From: an uncultured Chloroflexia bacterium
GTDB lineage: Bacteria > Chloroflexota > Anaerolineae > JAAYZQ01
Assembly: GCA_963700285.1 (NCBI GenBank)
Contig: CAVOXA010000001.1
Coordinates: 1,248,001-1,312,000 of the forward strand
Direction: 5' to 3'
DNA: 64,000 nucleotides
The position numbers and the translations under genes are program-made. Positions 59,901-64,000 of the stretch are shown here, piece by piece. Below the pieces are notes generated by a model. That model was not told where the DNA came from, searched no databases, and worked only from the letters and a program-made list of their open reading frames with translations. Numbering within the stretch: position 1 is the first letter of the stretch; each line of letters begins with the position of its first letter.

Positions 59901-60528
59901 GATCCTGGCTGGTCGTTCTCCGGCTGGTCCGGCGCCCTGACCGGCGCTGAGAATCCGGCCACCGTCATCATCGGCGGCGACGAGATGGTCACGGCTGCCT
60001 TCACTCAGAAAGAGCACACCCTGACTGTGAGCATCACCGGCAGCGGGGACGTGACCAAGGCGCCCGATCAGGCCAGCTACCATTACGGCGACCAGGTCCA
60101 GCTCACCGCCAGCCCCGGCGCAGGGTGGCTCTTTGCCGGCTGGTCCGGCGACCTCTCCGGTGGTGACAACCCGGCCAGCCTAACCATCGACGGCGACAAG
60201 GTCGCAACCGCCATCTTTGGACAGACGTGCCACACCTTGAGGCACGGAGGCCAGCCCCGAGGAGGGCGGCTCAATCAGTGTCGACTATGACCCCAATTGC
60301 GACGACGCTGGCGTCGCCAAGTACGTTATTGGCACCGTCGTCCAACTGACCGCCAGCCCTGCCCCGGGCAGGTTCTTTAGCCACTGGAGCGGCGACGTCA
60401 CAGGAAACGCCAATCCCACCAGCCTGTCTGTGAGCGCGGATGCCTCGGTCCTTGCTCACTTCCAGGAGACGCAGATCCTATTCCTGCCCATGCTCCTGAC
60501 GGGGCCATATTCGCTGTCATTCCCTTGA
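56911..60528 (+). CDS. Large secreted surface protein: N-terminal domain, 7 SBBP propeller repeats, 6 InlB B-repeat-like domains (frameshifts near 58950 and 60240-60290)
   Basis: Signal peptide; FEANQGQ, LVIDP; seven STFVGG...D..GN....G.T.S.DFPTT repeats; six LTV.V.GSG.V...Y..G..V.LTA.P..GW.F.GWSGD repeats; ends QILFLPMLLTGPYSLSFP*. Confidence 0.88.
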
Positions 60529-60919
60529 CTCCGGATCCACTCAAGAAAGACTGGGCCAGTCTGTTTCCCGTTCCGCGGGCAGGTGACTGTGTATACACTA
60601 CCGGGATCAGGTTCAAGGTACAACCGAATGGCATGCAGGCCCATTTCAAGGTTCCTCCCTACGAATGCTCTATGCTACCACAGAACCGCGAGGAACAGCA
60701 AAAGGACCGCCTGGAGCGCCTGGAGCGGTCCGCCGGCTTCATGCACTTGTTTTGGTCTTGTCGATGATGGCTGACGCAAAGCTCGCATTGTTGTTCACCT
60801 GGAGCCGGTAGCGGTTTGCCCCCGTGTTGCAGGCCATTCAAAGATGGGCCTTTCTCATGGCTCCTGCTGCCATCCACGGGGGATGAAGGCTCCGGCGCCG
60901 GCCCATAGTTCGCTGTTGG

Positions 60920-61043
60920 TCCTGTGAAGAAGAGCATATCATCAACGGCGGTCAGTTTCTTGGGCCATGAGTCTTCTTCAAAATAGTACAGACACTTTGT
61001 CGGCACTGTACCGGAATGCGGTGCCATCGCTTCCCCAGAGCTG
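60920..61043 (-). pseudogene. Single decayed ELWxxDGT repeat
   Basis: Minus strand QLWGSDGTA, frameshift, then GTVPTK...SWPKKLTAVDDMLFFTG, matching the ELWxSDGT..GT..K..S.P..LT.V...LFF repeat. Confidence 0.6.
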
Positions 61044-61056
61044 AGTTGATCTGCTC

Positions 61057-61085
61057 TTGACAGATTCGAACGTTTGTGCTACAAT
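61057..61085 (+). promoter_or_regulatory. Strong sigma70 promoter with a LexA-like box in the spacer
   Basis: TTGACA (61057-61062), 17 bp, TACAAT (61080-61085), TG-extended. GAAC-GTTT-GTGC at 61068-61079 has one mismatch to GAAC-N4-GTTC. Confidence 0.6.
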
Positions 61086-61388
61086 AGACGAGTAGAGAGG
61101 CATGACAGTGCCAATGTGCTTGCTGCTAGACAGTCATGCAGGAGAGAATTGACCCGAACACGCTCCCCATCCCGATGTTGAACCCGAAACAAAAAGATCC
61201 CGATGCCCGGGTGCCATCTGTTGTTGTCGCCTTTCTCAACATCAGCAACATGATCCTTCAACGTGATACATGAGACCAGCACAAGTATCCTTTTTAACCG
61301 CAGTGTGGTATAATCCCGCCTATTCTGCGACCCCCTGCCGGCCTGCCTTGAGGGCACGAGCAGAGGGCCACGAGTACCGGACCAACGC

Positions 61389-62715
61389 ATGACCACAAAA
61401 AAAGCACCCAGTCATATGCCCGACACGGAGCCGACCCTTCGCCAGATGTTGGCCCTATGGCTTCCCCTGGCCGCCAGCATCGCCATGATGGTCCTCGAAC
61501 CCTCCGTCATCAACATCGGCTTGGGACGTACAGCCGATGCTGAACTGGCTCTGGCTGCCTATGGCGTGGCTTTCAGCCTCGCCCTATTGGTCGAAGCGCC
61601 CATCCTCATGCTCCTCGACGCCTCGGTAGCTCGGGCCACGGACCGGGCGGCCTTTGGTCTGATCCGGCGTTTTGCCCTGGCTCTCGGGCTCATTGTAACT
61701 GCGATCGGATTGGTCGTCACGCTCAGCCCTCTCTATGTGCTGATAGTCGAAGGGCTGATGAACATCCCGACCAACATTGCCGCCGAGGCCCGTCCGACCT
61801 TGCAGATACTTGCCTTTTGGTCTCTGCCCATCGCCTCGCGACCGGCCAACCGGGGGTCTGCTGATCCGCTTGCGACAGACGACCAGCGTCAGCGTGGCCA
61901 CCGCTGTCCGCTGGTCACCCTGGCTCTGGCCTGTTCCTCGGCATGTTCTTCTGCCTCGCAAGGGGCGGTCGTCGCTCGCTTCGCCATGGTGCTCCAGTGT
62001 CACCGTCGGAGCGGCCCTCATCACTGTGTCTGTGCGGTTTGTGCTCCGGTTCCGGTTGAGATCTCCCTGCAGACACTCCGAAACCGATCAACCTCCCTCA
62101 CCTTGCGCGGGCTCTCGCGCTTCTACCGGCCCCTGGGTTCGACGACGATTCTGCGGCGGCGACCCGGCCGTGCTCAACGCTCGCATCACGGCCACCAGTC
62201 TCGCCGTCGCCTCCCTGGCCGCCTGGCCCGTCGGTCTGGGGTTTTGCCATGCTGGTCACCGGTCCCCGGCCTGAGCTTCCAGCAACTCACCACCGCCCTT
62301 GCCCACGGACCAGATACGCCTATCGCCGCGTGCGCCGCTTCTCGCTGAGCTTCAGCGTGATCATCGCCCTCACCTTGGGCCTGGTTGTTGCGCCGCTCTA
62401 TGGCATGGTGATGGGCGGCGTGCTCGATCGTCGCCCGAGAACCTTCAGGCGCTGGCGCGCCAGCCATGCAGCTCCTCGTCATCTGTCCCCTGGTGATCGG
62501 TTCGCGGTCCTGTCCGTCGCGTGCTCATCCGTCGGGCCGTACGGGGCGGTCCGGTCACGATGACGGCCAACGTCCTGACCCTCGCCGGGATGGTACTGGT
62601 CGGGCATCGTGGTCCCCAGCCCACCGCGTACTTCTGGCCACCAGCGCCACGCTGGCCGGGCCCTGGTAGAGTTGGCCTGGCTGCGCTGGAGGGCCTAGTG
62701 CATGCTCGAGACTGA
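61389..62715 (+). CDS. ANKH/MATE-like multi-pass membrane protein (heavily frameshifted after ~61840)
   Basis: LWLPLAAS..MM.LE...IN.GL.R.....ALAAYGVAFSL.LL.EAP, with an internal second half starting RFYRPL; extended -10 TGGTATAAT near 61306-61314. Confidence 0.6.
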
Positions 62716-62908
62716 TGGTTTGAATGTACAGGTCGCGCGGCCTCGAAGGCCAGCGCTATGCCTGAACCACAGACTATGGCTGGCACCACCTGTTTCACGG
62801 CGGTGCGGTCCTGCCTTTCGGAGACTCCTTCCCCTGGCGGTATCGGACAAAATGGCCCTGCAACGGCTATAATCCCACACGAACCGGTTCGTTCTATCAG
62901 GGGAAGCG

Positions 62909-64000
62909 ATCCCCGATTTTTTGCGGGTTGTCTCTGATTTTCCAGTCCGATCGGCCGATCAGCCGCAGGCCGTTGATCTCTGGTCGACGGCTTGGGCCGG
63001 GGCTGTCGACATCGAGACGCTGCTGGCGACGGGAACCGGCAAGACCTTTCCGTGACCAAGGTCGTGGAACGGACCCGGGAGCCAACGCTCGTGATGTGCC
63101 GCGACAGAGACGCTTCGGCGGCCCAGCTCTACTGCCGAGTTTCGCCAGTTCTTTCCCCACGACGCAGTCGAGTACTTTGTCTCCTCTATGGTTACTCCAG
63201 CGGGAAGCATATCTCCCTCGCCACGGACACCTACTCGAGAAGGATGCCCGACATCGACGAAGAGATCCAGAAGCTTCGCCTGGCCGCCACGGAAGCCTTG
63301 ATGTCCGGCGCGATGTGATCAGTCGCCGCGTATCGGCCATCTGCAGCCTCGGTTCGCCCGAGGAGTATGGGCGTGAGGTGGTCGAACTGGTTGCGGGGAA
63401 ACCCGTCGCCGTGCCTCGGTACTGCGCCACCTGGTGGCCATCCACTACACCACGACGACATCGCCTTCAAGCGCGGCTACCTTCGCGTTACGTGGCGATA
63501 CGCTGGACATCTTTCCGGCTTACCGTCGACGCGGCCATGCGGGTCGAATTCTGGCGGTATGTCGACCGCGTCACCGAGTTCGACCCCCTCACCCGCGAGA
63601 TCCTCGACGAACGGCAGTGGATCCAGATCTACCCGGCCGAGCGCTTTTGTCACCGTGTGAGAGGTACCGAGGCCATCAAGAACATCGAGGCCGAACTGGC
63701 GGAGCGCCTGGCCGAGCTCGCGCCCAGGACAAGCTGCTGGAGCGCCCCAGCGCCTGGAGCAGCGTTCCCTGTCTCGTGCGGTGATGCGCGAATCGGCTAC
63801 TGCTCGGGCATCGAGAACTCTCCCTGCACCTCAGCCACCGCGAACCGGCGCCGCACCCTCGACCCTGATCGACTACTTCCCGACGGATCTGTCTCTGGTC
63901 CTCGACGGAAGAGCCATATGACGGTGCCGCGATCCACGGCATGTACAATGGCGACCGGGCGCGCAAGGAGGTGCTGGTCGAACATCGCTTTCGCCTACCC
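62909..64000 (+). CDS. uvrB: Excinuclease ABC subunit B, 5' part (many indels; runs off window end)
   Basis: Across frames: [82 protein letters not shown]. Confidence 0.9.

Noticed and set aside
62868-62894. SOS box at uvrB (GAACCGGTTCGTTC after TATAAT)
   Set aside because: Half-site spacing is 2 or 6 rather than 4. The region is indel-rich, so it cannot be called either way.

Overview
A GC-rich bacterial chromosomal window, most likely Chloroflexota (Anaerolineae-like). That assignment is an inference from gene content: Flp pilin, NurA-HAS-HerA, SBBP/InlB and FN3/PPC surface proteins, and tungsten-type AOR. I found no rRNA, tRNA, CRISPR array or intact transposase. Contents in order: SIMPL gene, decayed FG-GAP gene and OmpR-type two-component system; PQQ-type dehydrogenase; SOD; a long sufR-sufCBDS-[methyltransferase-WD40-msrA-VOC]-sufU-Rieske-sufT-acnA operon; Ppm1-like GT2; an unannotated 50-aa Flp pilin, comF, hpf and LMW phosphatase; two GT2s and a lipoprotein; moaD-AOR; two DegV; two paralogous secreted FN3/PPC proteins; xpt-guaA-membrane protein-hydantoinase/oxoprolinase A/B; nurA-HAS barrel-herA; FAH and a CdaA-type diadenylate cyclase; TlpA and a CcmC-like protein; nnr; tsaA; MFS; AKR; nested palindromic repeats; DUF302; phage-like remnants; an SBBP/InlB surface protein; an ANKH/MATE-like gene; and the 5' part of uvrB. 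acnA, sufRCBDS, uvrB and a few others carry many frameshifts that look like assembly errors. Most notable observations: (1) a recurring [YFL]-L-P-h-h-h-(R) peptide in five otherwise unrelated exported proteins, terminal in three and internal in two, a candidate protein-sorting or anchoring signal; (2) a diadenylate cyclase with DKA in place of the catalytic DGA motif; (3) two four-copy, 11-bp-period PhoB-like operator arrays that suggest a local regulon; (4) a hidden Flp pilin ahead of comF; (5) a strong promoter with an SOS-like box and no sizeable downstream gene; (6) a palindromic repeat apparently split by two tandem ~157-bp insertions flanked by AGCG.
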